Assembly: GCA_943704425.1 (NCBI GenBank)
Contig: CALSCP010001606.1
Location: 1-51,702 of the forward strand
Direction of reading: 5' to 3'
DNA: 51,702 nt
Source: Ministeria vibrans ATCC 50519
Taxonomy: Eukaryota; Protista; Filasterea
The translations under genes were made by a program, and so were the position numbers. This document shows positions 33,972 through 47,940 of this stretch, piece after piece; position 1 is the first letter of the stretch, and every line of letters begins with the position of its first letter. Under the pieces are notes generated by a model. It had not been told where the DNA came from. It saw only the letters and a list, made by a program, of their open reading frames with translations, and searched no databases.

Positions 33972-36490
33972 TCATGGAACATTCTCTGAGAAGCTCTCCT
34001 CCTCACCGTTTGCAATGTCTGCTTCCGTGAGTGAAATGAAACGACACGCATCGTCGGTGGCGGCAAGGCAGGTGGCGAGAGGATCGTCGTTGGAGGTGGC
34101 GGCGCGGACGGCAGTGAGTGCAGAGGGGACATGGTCAGGGGCAAGGGCAAGGTCGGCCTCGACGAGGGCGATGAGAGACGCCGGGTGAGCGGCATTACTA
34201 GCTGTGGTCGCAAACGATGCGCCGGCGGTGCTGCTGCTGAAGGAGGAAGCAGGGGTGGCTGATGTGCGGGAGGGCGCGATGTCGGTGGAACTGGTGCGTG
34301 CGCTGAATGAGGTGGAGCCACCTGAGAGCGCAATAAGGGCGGAAGAGCGACGTACGGGCGGCGGAGACGACACATCGTCTGCACTGCGCGTCGCACTGCC
34401 AATATTACCACCACCACTATGGCTACTGTGTCCCACTGATGCTGCGGCAGCGGCCGCGACTGCCGCAAGGCTCATGGGCTGCTGAGAGCCACCCGACGAC
34501 CAGTGGAGCGACAGCGCATCACACTCACGCAACCAGTACAGAAAGCGACGCTTGTGCTCGAGGGAGAAGGCAGAGTGGCGCGACACACGATCCAGCGCAC
34601 TCACCAAGGCCGTCAAAGTCGTCTCATTGGGTCGCGTCCCTAGCGCAAGTACACAAAAGGCGCGCGCAAGAGCCAGACTGAATTGCTGAGGAAACGTAAA
34701 CGAGCCCGCACTCTGCCCCGGATTGGGTACAATCGGCCCACTCGCAATCAGTTTCAGCTCCTCCACAGCACTTGCAAACTTGGTGGGTTCGTTCATGTCC
34801 TGGAAAGGATTACCGGGTTTAAGATTTGACACGTCGTGTCAGAAACGACAGGGTTGGATTTTAGGGTTTGCGTTGGGGGGAGTTCTATACCTTCAAGAGA
34901 GAGTCAAGAATAGACTCACGATCGCGCAATCGTTGGAGAGACAAGACCATCTTCTTGCGGGCACCCGCAGCGGCAACACCCAGAGTCACAAGTGCGTCGT
35001 CGGTCAGTGCGAGCATGTCAGAGTAGGACAGGGACGCAAACAGAGAGAGGTACTTGTGCAGACGGAGACTCTTGAGCCACGTTGGAACCTCTATATATTT
35101 GTGTGTGTGTGTGTTAGTGTGCACAACAATGTACAATCGAATTGAGGTGTACCTTTCATTCCTGAGTGAGGATTGAAGGGCGGCTCGATGATTTGGGGAG
35201 TTGAGTCGAGTGGAGTGACTCTGAGTTGCTCATTCTGTTGTTGTTGTTGTTGCTGCTGCTGCTGTTTGCGGTTCTTTTCAAAGCCAGGAGGAGGGACAAT
35301 GGCACGGGAAGAGAGGGTAGAGGCGGATTTTGGAGTATCGTCGGTGAGCCATGAGCCATCGCGGAAGGAGGCGCCGGGAGGGGCGACAGAAGAAAGCAGA
35401 GGGGCGCGCTTGGTGTCTGCGGCTGGTGCCGGTGCTGCTGGAGTGGAGGCGTCGAGGACTGCTTGAGCAGCCATAGAGGCGAAGGTCTCGTGTTGAAGAG
35501 CATTGTTGTGGTTCGAAGGGGCTGGTTGGGGTGGGGTGCTCCAGCCGTCGTGTGAGGAGCGTAGGGCGTCGCCAGGGCTGCCCCATGTAGCGCGTTGGCG
35601 AGAGGAGAGGGAGAGGGGTGTGTCGGAGGAGGAGAAGGAGGAGGAGGGGCTGGCAGAGGGCGCGGTGGTGCCCACAGAGGCGAATGGAGGGGTGTCGCGC
35701 GACGGTGGAGTGGATGCGGACGAGAGAGCGCCAGTGACACCCCCGCTGGAGGATGCAGCTGCCGAGACGCCAGCGGTCGACAGGGATGCATGGGCGAGCT
35801 GCTGCTGGCGGGCCATGAGCGCCGGGCGGCAGTCAACGAAGGCGGGATGGCTCAGCGCGACTGTGACGAGATCACGACAGCGCTCCATCTGCGGCTGGTG
35901 CGCGGCCATCGAGCGGAGCGTGTGCGCACAGACCGGCTCAATGAGCGACGCCATTGCGAGGGCCGCTGTGCGGTTCGACGGTAGCACAAGCGGCAGCAGA
36001 TCGAGAAGTTGAGTGGTCGTTCGAACGACTGTGCAGGGCAAAAGGAGGGGCGGCGGTGAGCGCAGAAGGGGGTGGGGTACAAGGGGGGGAGGGTGCTTAC
36101 CAGACATGGGGTCGTTCACCTGCAGCGTCAGAAGCGCGTCTAAAGGAACGCAAAAACATCAATACAAAAAAAAAAAAAAAAAAAAAAACAGTTGTGTTTG
36201 GGTATGTGTGTGTGTTACCAGGAGAATTAGCGAGCTGCTCGTGCTGCAGGAGCTGAGGGAACACGGCAGCGTTGTTGTGGTTGACAACATTGACAAGGTA
36301 GCGGGCCTGGACGGGCGGAATCTACAGAGGGAGGTCAGGAGGGCGCGGGGGGGGGGNNNNNNNNNNGGAGGGGGGGAGGGGCGGGCGGTACTTGTTGCAG
36401 CAGTGCCTGAAGCACCACGAGCCGCTCCGAGGCCCGCCAGTTGGGGAACCACGCCAGCACGTTGCCGACCTGTTCACGGAACTGTGCCAT
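33972..36490 (-). CDS. SAMD4: Smaug/SAMD4-like RNA-binding SAM-domain protein, multi-exon (spans an N gap)
   Basis: N-terminus MAQFREQVGNVLAWFPNW..SERLVVLQALL..VQARYL matches the Smaug N-terminal conserved region. SAM domain VPTWLKSLRLHKY...GARKKMVLSLQRLRDR. Confidence 0.9.
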
Positions 36491-36900
36491 TCGCTAAAAA
36501 TTAATTGAAATATTATTGTTAAACTAAATATTTTGATTATCTCTTCTGCTCAACGATTTTGTCGTTCGAGCGTTTGCTCGTCCGATAGATCGTCTCTAGT
36601 GAGTCTAGACGGTAAAAGCAAAGTGACTAGAACGCCTTCGATGGGCGCTCAATTGAGCGTGAGATTCTGAACTTGGACTGCTCCAGACACTGCCGGGGGT
36701 GCAGATCTGGCTTGAGTGGGACACACACTGCAAAGCAACTGAAACAACCTGCTCTGTCGCACAGGGAGTGGAGTAGGAGTCAGCCAACCTATTAATCAAT
36801 TGAGTCTTATGATCTACCCAAAAGTTCATTCTATAAATCTGAAATCTCAACTCTGAACTCTCAAGCAACAATTTCTCATTTTTTTCTACTGTATTCGTGC

Positions 36901-37294
36901 ATGCGCCTCATTGGACTGACACTCGCTGCGTTGGCTGTCTTCGCCGTTGCCCTTGCGGCCCCAAGTAGCGCAATTCTGTCTTCTTCTCTCTCTTTCTCAC
37001 CTTCTCGTCCTTTCCAGCAGCCCCCAAGGCGCCCAACTACCCCACGTCGTTGCTGCTGACCATGTGTGAGTATGGTAAGATTCCTCAGCTCACTTTTCTC
37101 GGTGGATGACATTATCTCAAAAAAAAACTTTCCATAATAAAATATATCTTTTTTCTGCTCTCTCTCCTCAGCGGCGGCTGCGTACTGCCCGCAAACGCTG
37201 CTTGAGAACTGGTCGTGCTCCCGCTGCGGCTATGGCAACTACTCGGCGACTGCGGTATGCGCTGGCGATTGTTTTTCGCACTGCTAACCCTTCT

Positions 37295-37329
<35 letters not shown>

Positions 37330-38080
37330 TTGCGTCTCTTAGGGATTTCAACCAGTCCAAATCGTCGAGGATGTCAAAGACAACCTGCAGGCATACGTGG
37401 GGGTGTCTGACTCGCTTCCTGGCATCGTGGTTGCCTTCCGAGGCACTCAGGTAAACGAGTGAGCGGACCAAAGTCGCAACTGATTCCTTGTTGTGCAGGA
37501 AACATCGTTGAAAAATTGGATCACCGACCTGTACTCGGCGCACTCCGACTTCAACTACCCTGGCTGCACAAATGGCTGCAAGGTCCACGAGGGCTTCTAC
37601 AACGCATACAACCGCACAGTCCAGGCGGGACTACTTACGGCAATTCAACAGGCGCAGAAGATGCGGCCGTCGTACACTCTCTATGTGACGGGCCACTCGC
37701 TGGGGGCCGCGCTCGCAACGCTCTGCGCCAGCGATATGGTTAGCAACTACGGGTTTGAGGGCAAGACAGTACTGACCAACTACGGGTCGCCGCGCGTCGG
37801 GGACACTGCCTACTACTCGTGGGTCAAGACCATCCTTCCCATGGCCGACCGCGTCGTCAACCAGGCTGACATTGTGCCCCATCTGCCTCCCGAGGACTTC
37901 AACTTCCACCACATTGCAACGGAAATGTGGATCAACCCGGTCGGTGTCATCACTCAGTGCAATGGCTCTGGCGAAGACCCAAACTGCTCCGACTCAGTGC
38001 CCGTCTACGACTTTTCCATCGCAGACCACCTTGACTACTTTGGCCTTGATATGGGCACTGGGCCCTGTACTCCCCCTTGA
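36901..38080 (+). CDS. Secreted class 3 lipase, multi-exon
   Basis: Signal peptide, AAAYC, IVVAFRGT, KVHEGFYNAY, VTGHSLGAALA, YGSPRVGD, DIVPHLPP, DHLDYFG. Confidence 0.94.
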
Positions 38081-38256
38081 GCCACAAAATGAAAAGTTTT
38101 TTTTTTTACAGAATCGTCACGTATAATAATTTTAATAATAATAATTTTATTATATTTTTTCTCTTACACTTAGTATAATATACAATTATTATAGGATTAT
38201 TATTAATAAGGCGCGAGTCTGCGCTAGTGGGAATGCCATTGAATGGACTACGCGCG

Positions 38257-40953
38257 CTATGCTGTGAGTTGTCGGATGCGCTGCTCAAGGGCAAGCACCA
38301 CGGCGAGTGTGGATGCCAAGCGGGCCTCACAGGCTCCCAGACGGGCTGCAGCGTCACTGCGCACGGCAGCCAGGTCCACACGCAGCTGAGCCGCCACCGC
38401 GTCACTGGTGCTCGCGTGCTGAGCTGCCTCTGCGGCACGCACTGTTGCAGCACGCGCATCCGTCTCCGACTGCGCCACTGTCAAGCGCAACGTGTCGCGT
38501 TCCTTGGTCACAGACGTGAGCTGCTGCTGCAGCGCCGCCACCACAAGCCATGGGTTTGCGCCGCTCTGGTACGCCTCCTTGACGGCGGGCGTCATCACGT
38601 CGCTCATGCCAGTCGACGCCACGCGCGCGCGTGTGCGCATTAGCTCCTCATTGACCTGTGCCAGCTCAAGCTCAAGCTCCGTCACCCGCGTTGAACGCAC
38701 CCGTGCAGTCTCTGCCTTGTCCATCAGCGACGCACAAAGCGCCTGCCACTCAGCCGTCACGGAGGTCTGCACGTTTTCCCTGCGCTGTGCCTTCTCCAGC
38801 TCCTGCTTCATCTCCGCATGCTCTGCGCCCAACACAGTGCTGTGCTCCATCATGTACTGCACACGCGACCGGTCCTTGTTGGCCTTGCTCTGCTCGCCGT
38901 GCAGCCACTGGTCTAGTCGCTCGCGCAGCACACTGTTGTCGCGGTGCAGTCCGTTGATCTGTGCACGTAGGGCGTCCAGTTCCCCATGTGCCGCACGCAG
39001 TTCCACTTCAGCCTCCGCCTTGCCCGCCACCTCGACCTGTGCCTGTGCCAGCTGCATGTGCAAACGATGCGCAACAATAGTGCGGCGCTGAGAGTACTCG
39101 CGCTCCTGCTGCAGCTCAAGGTCAATAAGACGCACGAGCTCTCGCAACGCAGTCACTCGCTCCTCCTGCGACGCATCCGATGCAAGCACACCCACCAACG
39201 CAGACTGCTGCGACGAAGACAGTGACTCGCTCTGCGACGACGACGTCACCAGTGCTCGCGTGTAGCTGTTCTCTTCACCCCCCGAGTCGTAGCGGAAGCG
39301 GCCATGCATAACGTTGCGCGGCGAGAACGACGATGTGTGCACCGCATGCGAGCGACTACTGCTTCCGCCACTAAACGAGTGCGACAGCTGCGTGCTCGCA
39401 CCCGAAGCAGACGCAGCAACAGCACCCGTGCTCACAAGCGTAGGTGCAGCGGGAAATGGCGTGTCAAGAAGGAGCCCGTGCTCGGCGGTAGCCCGGAAGA
39501 ACCCTTCACCATCATCATCCTCATCATCAACACCATTACAATTCCCTGTCAGACCACTCGGCTCATCATCATCCGCATACAGCTCATCCTGTGCACGCGA
39601 GTCCTCCTCAGTGAATGCACCAGTGGCCCTCCTACCACCACCAGTAGCCGCACGACGAGTGGCGTCCTCTTCGCGTGCAGAACGTGCGTCTGCACTCGCA
39701 CCTCCCTCGCGCACAGACGATGTCAGACGCCGTCGATTGGTGTGCTGCAACACGCGTGCGCGCTGTTGCATCCGCTGTGCTGACTCATGTGCCATCATCA
39801 CTATCCCTCCAATGTGCAGCTTCTCACAGTCATCGACAATGTCGGACGCAGACATTTGACGCAGTCGCTCGGTACTGAGCTCCTGACCGGCGGTGTACCG
39901 CACAAGCGACGGGTGGACGCAGACGCTGAGGAGCAGCGGTTCAAGAACCGTTGCAAGCTCAGGCGCAGTCAAACGGTCCGAGTCGAGTGAGCCAAACGAG
40001 AGCGAAGCGGGACGGGGAGTGTGTGCGGGCGAAGAGGAAATTTGCTGAGACGCACTGTTGGTTTGAGGGATGCTCGAAGAGGACGATGCGGTGGTGGGGA
40101 GTCGCTGGTAGATATCACGGATGTAGACAAGCAGAGAGGACGGGTACATGGCGTAGAGGTGGCGGAATAGACCCGCCGTACAGGTTCGCAGGTGAGTTGC
40201 AGGACTGAGCGCAGTGTATGCGCGTGACTGGTTGAGACGCTCAACTAAAGCGTGGAAGGAAGTGAGAAGAAGAGTAAGTGATGTGGTAGATGATACGGGA
40301 TCAAACATCGTACAGGTGGGTTGGTCGAGGATGGCCCAGGAAGGGCCTGCAGAGACGGATGGAGAGGCTGACGGGAGGGGCATGTCGTTGTGACTGGTCT
40401 TGCGGAGGATGCCAGCACGGGCACGGAGAGAGGCGGCGGCGGAGGACGGAGAGACGGGAGGGGAAGTGGAGGGGGATGGGGATGAGGAGGATTGGCTGTG
40501 GGCGACGCTGTGGCTGCGAACGCGGTTGTGCTCGAGTGGGGATGGGGGAGCCAGAGGGTTAGCACAAGCGGAGGGGAAATAGGGTGCCTGTTGCTGGGTG
40601 TGCTGTTGGCGGTGCTGCTGATGATGGTGATGGTGAGGTTGAGCGTGCATATGATGTTGGAGTTGTTGGCGCGACATGAGTGTGTCTGCTGCGGTCGTGG
40701 CGTTGTTGTGCCGCAGCGACGGATGATTCCACAGGAGGAGTCGCATAAGAATGGCAAAGAGATCGGGTAGGTGGGGTGGAAGCGACGCACACAGCAAGGG
40801 TAAAAGGGAGGTCAATGACACACAACCACTCACCAGAACTGCAATGGATCGGTCCTGCTTGAGACTCGCCAAAAGCGACTCAAACAGAGGCGAGCGCGTC
40901 ACAAGACTCAGGGAGCGATTCTACAAAACGCACATACTTCTCATTAACGCGTG

Positions 40954-41005
<52 letters not shown>

Positions 41006-41022
41006 ACACACACACACACACA

Positions 41023-41069
<47 letters not shown>

Positions 41070-41990
41070 TCACACACACCACAAAGACATACACACACAC
41101 TCACACACATACCTGTCTTCTGGCAATACAGTCAAGAGCATTGAGGGCGCGCACACGACTTGCAATGCAGAGAACAGTCGAGTTCATGTGTTGTAAAAAA
41201 GTCTACAGAGGAACACACTTCAGGACATGGCGCTCGCTCGTTCACGCCCGATCACGTACGAGAACACTTGCTTCGCCCGTGGGAAGGTCAAGCAGGTCTG
41301 CATAGGACATATGGTGGGCGTTGTACACGAAGGCGCTTGACGAGGCGTCTGCTTCGCCGTGTGCTTCGCTGTCGTCCATGACAGTGCCATGACAATGTTC
41401 CGAAAGGACGAGAATGGCAAATTGCAGGTCCATGCGACACAGCGACTGGCAGCACGGTATGAGGGCGGACCACACAAGCTTGTGGCGAGTGCGCGCGCAC
41501 TGAATCAGGAAGGAGTGCCACGAAGAGAGACACTGCAACAAAAGCACACATGCGAAACACGCAAGCGCGAGATAATATTATAATATAATATTATCATAAA
41601 TATAATTATAGTGAATGGTGCGATGCTTGCACACGTACCTGGAAGCCGTAGGACGCAAGAAACCTGTGGAGATGGCCGATGAGAGCGCCGACCTGGTCGG
41701 GTCCTAAGGCCTTGACGCCTTGGCTGGGTGTGCCGACAAGACCACGCAACGACGCCAGCACCTGGCGGAGGGGGCCGGTGAGACACACACACACTGATAT
41801 ACATACACATGCGAGGGGGGAGCGACGCGGGCAGTGCAGCGAGGGAGCAAAGGGAAGCACATACCGACTCGAGAGCAGTTGCCCCTTCCTCTTTTTTAAC
41901 GTGCGCCAGAGTCGCAAGCGCCGCACATGCGTCGTCATCGACTCGTCCTGCACACACAGCATCGACCACCCTTCGATTAAGGTCGAGCAT
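38257..41990 (-). CDS. TSC1: Hamartin-like protein (5' exons uncertain)
   Basis: LPDLFAILMRL, LFRHLYAMYPSSLLVYIR and LEPLLLSVCVHPSLV parallel hamartin LFHRLYGMYPCNF and VRIHPELV. Long C-terminal coiled coil. Confidence 0.8.
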
Positions 41991-42215
41991 CAGGCAACAC
42001 GACAAATTAATTGAATATGATTTAACTCATTTAACTCGCAACTGATTGACTTTGGACTTGAATAATGTGATACACAAATGCTATGGTTGTTGTATGTTCT
42101 TCTTATTTTTTTTTTTTTGTATTTTGTACATGTCACAAAAAGTAAAGGGAAACGAAAAGGAAAAGTGGAAAAAAGAAAGATTTAAAATATCAAAGGGAAA
42201 AAAAACTAAAGGAGG

Positions 42216-45200
42216 TTAGACAATACTGGTTTCCGGGGCGTCGTCGTCGTCGTCGTCGGACGAGTTTTCAAGGAGATTAATCGAGGTGTCAACACTGCGC
42301 GACCGCTCAACGGACGGCGCCAGGTTGACTCTGTCAATATAGGCGAGAGACTGAGTGAACTGCGACGACATTGAGCGCGTCGCGTGGCGCTTTTCGTTCT
42401 CCGTGGGGCACAGGTCGGCAGCCATGACGGAGGGGGCAGACTCGATGCTGACGTTGGCGGCGGCCATGAGAGGAGCAGAGAGGGTCGAGATGGGGTGAAT
42501 GATGCCCATGGTGAAGTCGTCTTGAGTGTCGACGTGGTCATGCACATGGACATGGTCGTCATCGTCGTCGTGGAGCTCGTTTTCCGCCTCGCGAATTGAG
42601 TCCGTGCGTCGCGTCGGCTGGTGAGTCCCCGTGTCTGTCTTGGCATCCTCGCCGGGTGTTGCCGAGCGCACTACAACCGACGGCGACGACATTGCTAGGG
42701 CGCCCTGTGAATGTGATGTGCCGTCGAGCGAGAGTCGTCGTAGTGCCAGAAGCTGGTCAATGGTCAGGTCGGCATCTTGGTTGCCCTTGCTTGCAAAGCT
42801 TTGCGACGACACGGCCTTGCTCACAGGCACATGGGTACTGCTGCTGTTCGGGTCGTTGTTGTTGGCAACCGTGTCACCAGGCGTTGCCAGTGCATTGATC
42901 GCCTCGAGTGACGACGCCTTGAGCGCCCGTTCACGTCGGGTGCGCTCCACGAGGTTGATCACGACATCAAAAAGCGACGTCGGCGCACTGTCGTCGTGAT
43001 GCGCGTCACCTGGAGCGTCACCTGCAGCTGTATTGGGCGGACTGCCGGGCGCATTAAAGTTAACAGTAGATGTCAAATCAGAATGGGAGCCGGGCACAGA
43101 CAACGTGTTGGTGCGCTGTGCGTAGGTGTCCGGAGAGGCAGACGTGTCAACGGTATCAGCGCGTCTGGGTTCGCCTCGCCGGCGCACGCCTGTTGAGTCC
43201 TTGGCGTGACCATGACGACTATTGCGCAAGCGCATTGATGCACGCGCGCGATGGTTGAAACCGCCGCTCTGCTGGAAGGTAGTGGTGGTGCGAGAGGGGA
43301 CGGCGCGCTGCTTAAATCGCACGTACGACGGCGATGACTCCGCATCCAAGTTCTCTGTACTCGCCGCGGCAGGCGACGATACACCGGCAGCCGGCGCACC
43401 TGTAGCGTCGCCCTCGGCGTGCTCGCTGTCTTCGGGACTGGTACCACGCTCGGAGCTGCCATGTGCTTGAGCATGAGCAGCCGCAGTGCGCACTTTGCTT
43501 GACGCACCCGACGCGAAACGGTCGCGAATGGCCTGGCGACGACTGTTGCCATCGGAGAAAGGCATGGTGGAGAGGGAACGAGCGGGCGACGACGACGACG
43601 ACGACGGGCCCGCGCGATCATTGTTGGGCGACTTACCCGCACCTAACACCATGAGCCGTCGCTTGTTGTCACCCGACTGCAACAGTGCCCACTTGCTCAT
43701 GCCACTCGATTCGTCCATAGCCGCACTGCGTCGCGTGTCGCGTAACGGGCCCAACAAATACGTGTAGGTCATGCCAAGTCCTGCATTAACACACACACAC
43801 ACACACAAAGATGTTGAGAACACAACACGACAAAAGAATACTAATAATAATTATACCTTTGATTTCGCGTGGCTCTCGCTTTTCCGTGTAAAACTTGTCT
43901 GCAAGCACCGAATTGACAGCCTCACTGACACATACACGTCCTGGCACCCCATTACTCTCCATTCGACTTGCAGTGTTCACAGTGTCGCCCCACAGATCGT
44001 CTATATAAAACAAAATTGTTATGCTGTGTTCCCCTCAGCCTCTCTCTCATATTTTTTTTTACAGGCAAATTTGCGCGTGCCGACAACACCCGCAATGACT
44101 GGACCAGTGTGGATACCCATACGCATTTGCAATGGTTTGCCATGCACACCGGGCAGTTTGATTTGCAGTGCCTCGAGAGCAAACAGTGCCACTCGCTCGC
44201 AATGGTCCTCACGCGCCTGTGGACAACCACAAGCAGCCATATCTATGCAAAGAGAGGAGAAAAAAAGGAAAAGAAGGAGAGGAGAGAAAAAAAAAGAAAA
44301 AAAAAACCAAGTGATGGAGAAATGAGAATCTCGCACAAGAATGTCTTCCGCTCTTTTTGCTTACAGGCGTCACCAATGGTCTTGATCTTTTCCAGGCCGT
44401 ACTTGTCGGCAAGCGAGTCCATGACGGTGAAAAGCCCATTGAGCATTTGGACCACTTCGCTGGGAGGGGTGCCGTGTGACATGGCTGTGAAACCAACAAT
44501 GTCCGAGAAGAAGACGGTCGCTTCGGCATGCAGATCGGCAATAAAGGCATTGTCGCCTTCGCGTTGCAATCGTTCGGCGACTGATCGCGGCAAAATGTTG
44601 TGTAAGAGCGCCTCGGCACGCTTCTTCTCTTCGGCCAACTCTTGGGTGCGCTGTTCGACGACATCCTCGAGCGACTCACTCCACTTCTCAAGCATAAAGG
44701 CCATCTTCTCGAGGATACTCCCGCTTTCCTTGCCCGTCAGTGACTGAAGCATGCTCAGGACATTGCTGAAGGTGGGTCGACTGGTGGGCTGGGGGCTCCA
44801 ACACTGCTCCATGGCCGCAATGAACTTCTCTTCGCGCTGGTCGGCGGCGACGGGAATCTCGGGACGCAGCGGATCGGTATCGCTCGTAATGCGTATGCAC
44901 AACAGTTGCGGGTCGAGCTCGTCAATGTCGCCGTAAGGTTCGCGCTCGTCACCCGTGAGAAGTTCCCACAAAATGATGGCAAAACTGTAGACGTCTGCCT
45001 TGAAGAGGTCCAACGAGCTCGGGTCGACGGGGCGACGGGGCGACGTGCTGTTGCGATGATGCAATGCGTTGTTCATGAGACCCGCACTAGTACTCGGAAT
45101 GGAGGCAAGACCCATCGATCGGTCTGCGCCCAGATAAGGTCCGCCCGCCAGTTGAGCTTTGAGAATCTCAGGACTCACCCAGTAGAGAGCGTCCAAGTCA

Positions 45201-47096
45201 TCCAGGTCCGCCTCCGCTGGCGACGTGTTCTCAATGAAGAAGCCCGAAATTTTACAGACGAACCGGTGATCCACCAGCACTTTGGTGGAGCGCAAGTTGC
45301 GATGCGCAATCTCGTTGTTGTGCAGAAACATCATGCCGCGTGCGGCGTCCATTGCCATGCACACCTAAGAAGAAGGAGAGCAGAAATAAAAATTATTATT
45401 ATTATTATTAATTTTTCGAAATATTTTGTATAATAGAATAGTATAGTATAATAATCTTTTTCGTTTTCATACCTTGAAGTCAAGATCAAGTTTGATTTGA
45501 GACTTGAGGCGAAGTACGTCGTATAGGGATCCCTTGGCGCAATACTCGACAACCATGTAGCGAGGTTGGATAGTGACGCCGTAAAACTCGACGAGGTTGG
45601 GATGGCGCAGGTCCTTGAGACGCACAAAGGACTCGGCAATGGCACGGTAGGCTGTTGAGGAGACTTCGCCCTCCATGACACCCAGGTTGCCGGCGCGCTG
45701 TGAGCCGAACCAGAGCGAGCGACGACGCCCGCCACCATGTCCATCGATAGAGGACGAGGGATTGTTCATGATTGAGCCGCCGCGTTGCAAACTGGTTGCG
45801 GTGCTGTTCTGACGCGGGTTCGACACATGATCAGAGAGGTTGAGGCGGATTCCGTAAGCGCGACAATGGTCGTAAGTGGCGAGGAAGGTCTCGCCGACGT
45901 CGTCAATCTCCTCGACATCCTCGAGGTCGTCGTAGTCGATTTGCCAGTGCTTGTAGCGCTCGATGGCGAGGAGGTGCTTTTTGCGATGGTGCTTGCAGTA
46001 GAAGTAGATGGCGGCGGCAGCAAGCAGCAGACCAATGATGACGACGGGCACAGCAATGGCGGCAGTGGAGCCACTTGAGGCTTGCACGAGGATGGGAGGA
46101 AGAGGAAGCGACGTGGCGAGGGCAGCCAGAGGATCAATACTCTCGTGGTTGTCATCTTGGTGGTCGCTTGTACTGACGCGAGTGTGTTCACTCCAGAGCG
46201 CCTGCATGGTGTGTGCGGCCGACATGAGGGCGACGCGGGTGGGTGTGCGCGTGTCGCGAACATTCTCATATGCTTGCCGGAGTGTGTCACGGGCGAGTGA
46301 CGACACACGCGAGACGGTGAGAGGCAAGGGTATCGGAGAAGGGTCGCGTGAGCTGAGAAGCGCATGAAAGAGAGAAGGTGGAAGAAGGGACCAGGCACGC
46401 GCGTTGGCAGGAACACCGCCGTACTTGGGGAGGAGCAACTGACCCGTTGTAAGTTGGGCGAGCCACTCGACAAAGGTGCGCGCTGCAATGTCGGTTGACG
46501 ACATGGACGAGGCAGCGCCGCGAAGGGCTACGGCAAGCAGTGGCAACCGTGCGACCGGACGACTGAAGCGCGTAGCGTTGTGAAGCGACACGAGACGAGT
46601 GGAAGCAAGAGCGGGGCACGAGGAGGGGCCTGTCGCCAGTGCGAGGGCTCGTGAGGCTGTGGTGAGGAGCGCCGGGAGTTTTCCATTGCAGAATGCATCG
46701 GTGGCCGCTGCGGCGTCCAGATGAGTGGAAGAGAAAAATTGAGAGAGAGTGAGGAGAAGAGCGTCGAGGGTTCCTTGGGCAACAAGCGTGTCGACAAGGG
46801 TGGGATCGTCGTTGACAAGCTGCGACGGCCAACGATCCAGCGAGCCACCCAGAAGTGTTGAAAGAATGTCCCACACCATTAAAGGGTCGTCCAGATCACT
46901 GCAAGTGCGGAGAGTGAGTAAAAAGGATGATTGAGGGAGAGTGTGTGTGCGAGAGATCCTTCATACGTTTGCGCTTGATTCAGTGTGTCCATCACCGAGG
47001 TCGACGGTACCACCCGCCTGCTGTTGACGGCAAGCAGGGGAACGTCTGTGACCACAGTCAGAGAGACGCTTTCAGCAGGCAACACAGCGAAATCCT

Positions 47097-47195
<99 letters not shown>

Positions 47196-47940
47196 TAAGA
47201 GAGAAGGTTAAGAGAGAGGTGCCAAAAATTTTTTGACACTACTTTGCGTTGGACGAAGATAACATCGGGAGTGCCAGATGCGGGGGTAGAGTCGCGAGTT
47301 GTGTTTGTCGACGACGCTACTCGTTGAAGCAGGTCAGCCCTATGTTAATGGGAAATGGTCAGAAGTGGCGAAAAAAAAAACGGATTTGATCAGGTTTTAA
47401 CGAAATTGGTTTAGAGAGAGAATCAAAGGGAAGAGGAGCAACGAGGGAAGGGGAGGAACAAGGGATAGAGTAGAGTGAAGGGATGGGAAGGAGACGGGGG
47501 AGAAGGGAGCGCAAAGGGGAGGCGAAAAGTTGGGATTTGGAAGAAGAGACGAAAGAAACAGACCGAGAGAGATGATAGGCAGAAAAAAAANNNNNNNNNN
47601 AAAAAAAAGAAAAGAGTGAAAGGGAAGAGAAAGAGAGGAGATTGAAGAGAGGGGAGGTGGGAAGAGAGGGGAGGGGAGGGGGCGACGGCAGGCGGGTTCG
47701 GAGGGAGGGGGCGTGGGGGTACCATTTTGGGGCGTTGAGGCACGCGAGATGAACGGGCGCTGCCGAGAACGTTGAAAAGGGCGCTTGCTGGAGTAATCGG
47801 CATGTGGGGGAGTCCCGCGCGGCGGCCTGGACACGGTCGGAGGGCTGTGATGACGATGGGTCGCGCGGGTGAGCTGCAGACGCGGCAGCAGCGGCGAGCG
47901 CGACGGCCAACCAAAAAATGGCCCAGAGCGTCCGGGACAT
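42216..47940 (-). CDS. Single-pass receptor nucleotidyl cyclase: signal peptide, ectodomain, TM, pseudokinase, coiled coil, class III cyclase, disordered tail (spans an N gap)
   Basis: MSRTLWAIFWLAVALAAA signal and TM IAVPVVIIGLLLAAAAIYFY. Kinase-like LRHPNLV, AHRNLRS, DVYSFAIILWE. Coiled coil LEDVVEQRTQELAEEKKRAEALLHNILP. Cyclase FSDIVGFT, KIKTIGDAYM, YDLWGDTVNTASRMES. Confidence 0.92.
47100..47190. repeat. (AG)n microsatellite in an intron (one of many in the window)
   Basis: Uninterrupted AG run of ~90 bp. Similar runs occur near 8960, 31040, 33410, 37300 and 40955 (the last followed by CA repeats). Confidence 0.95.
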
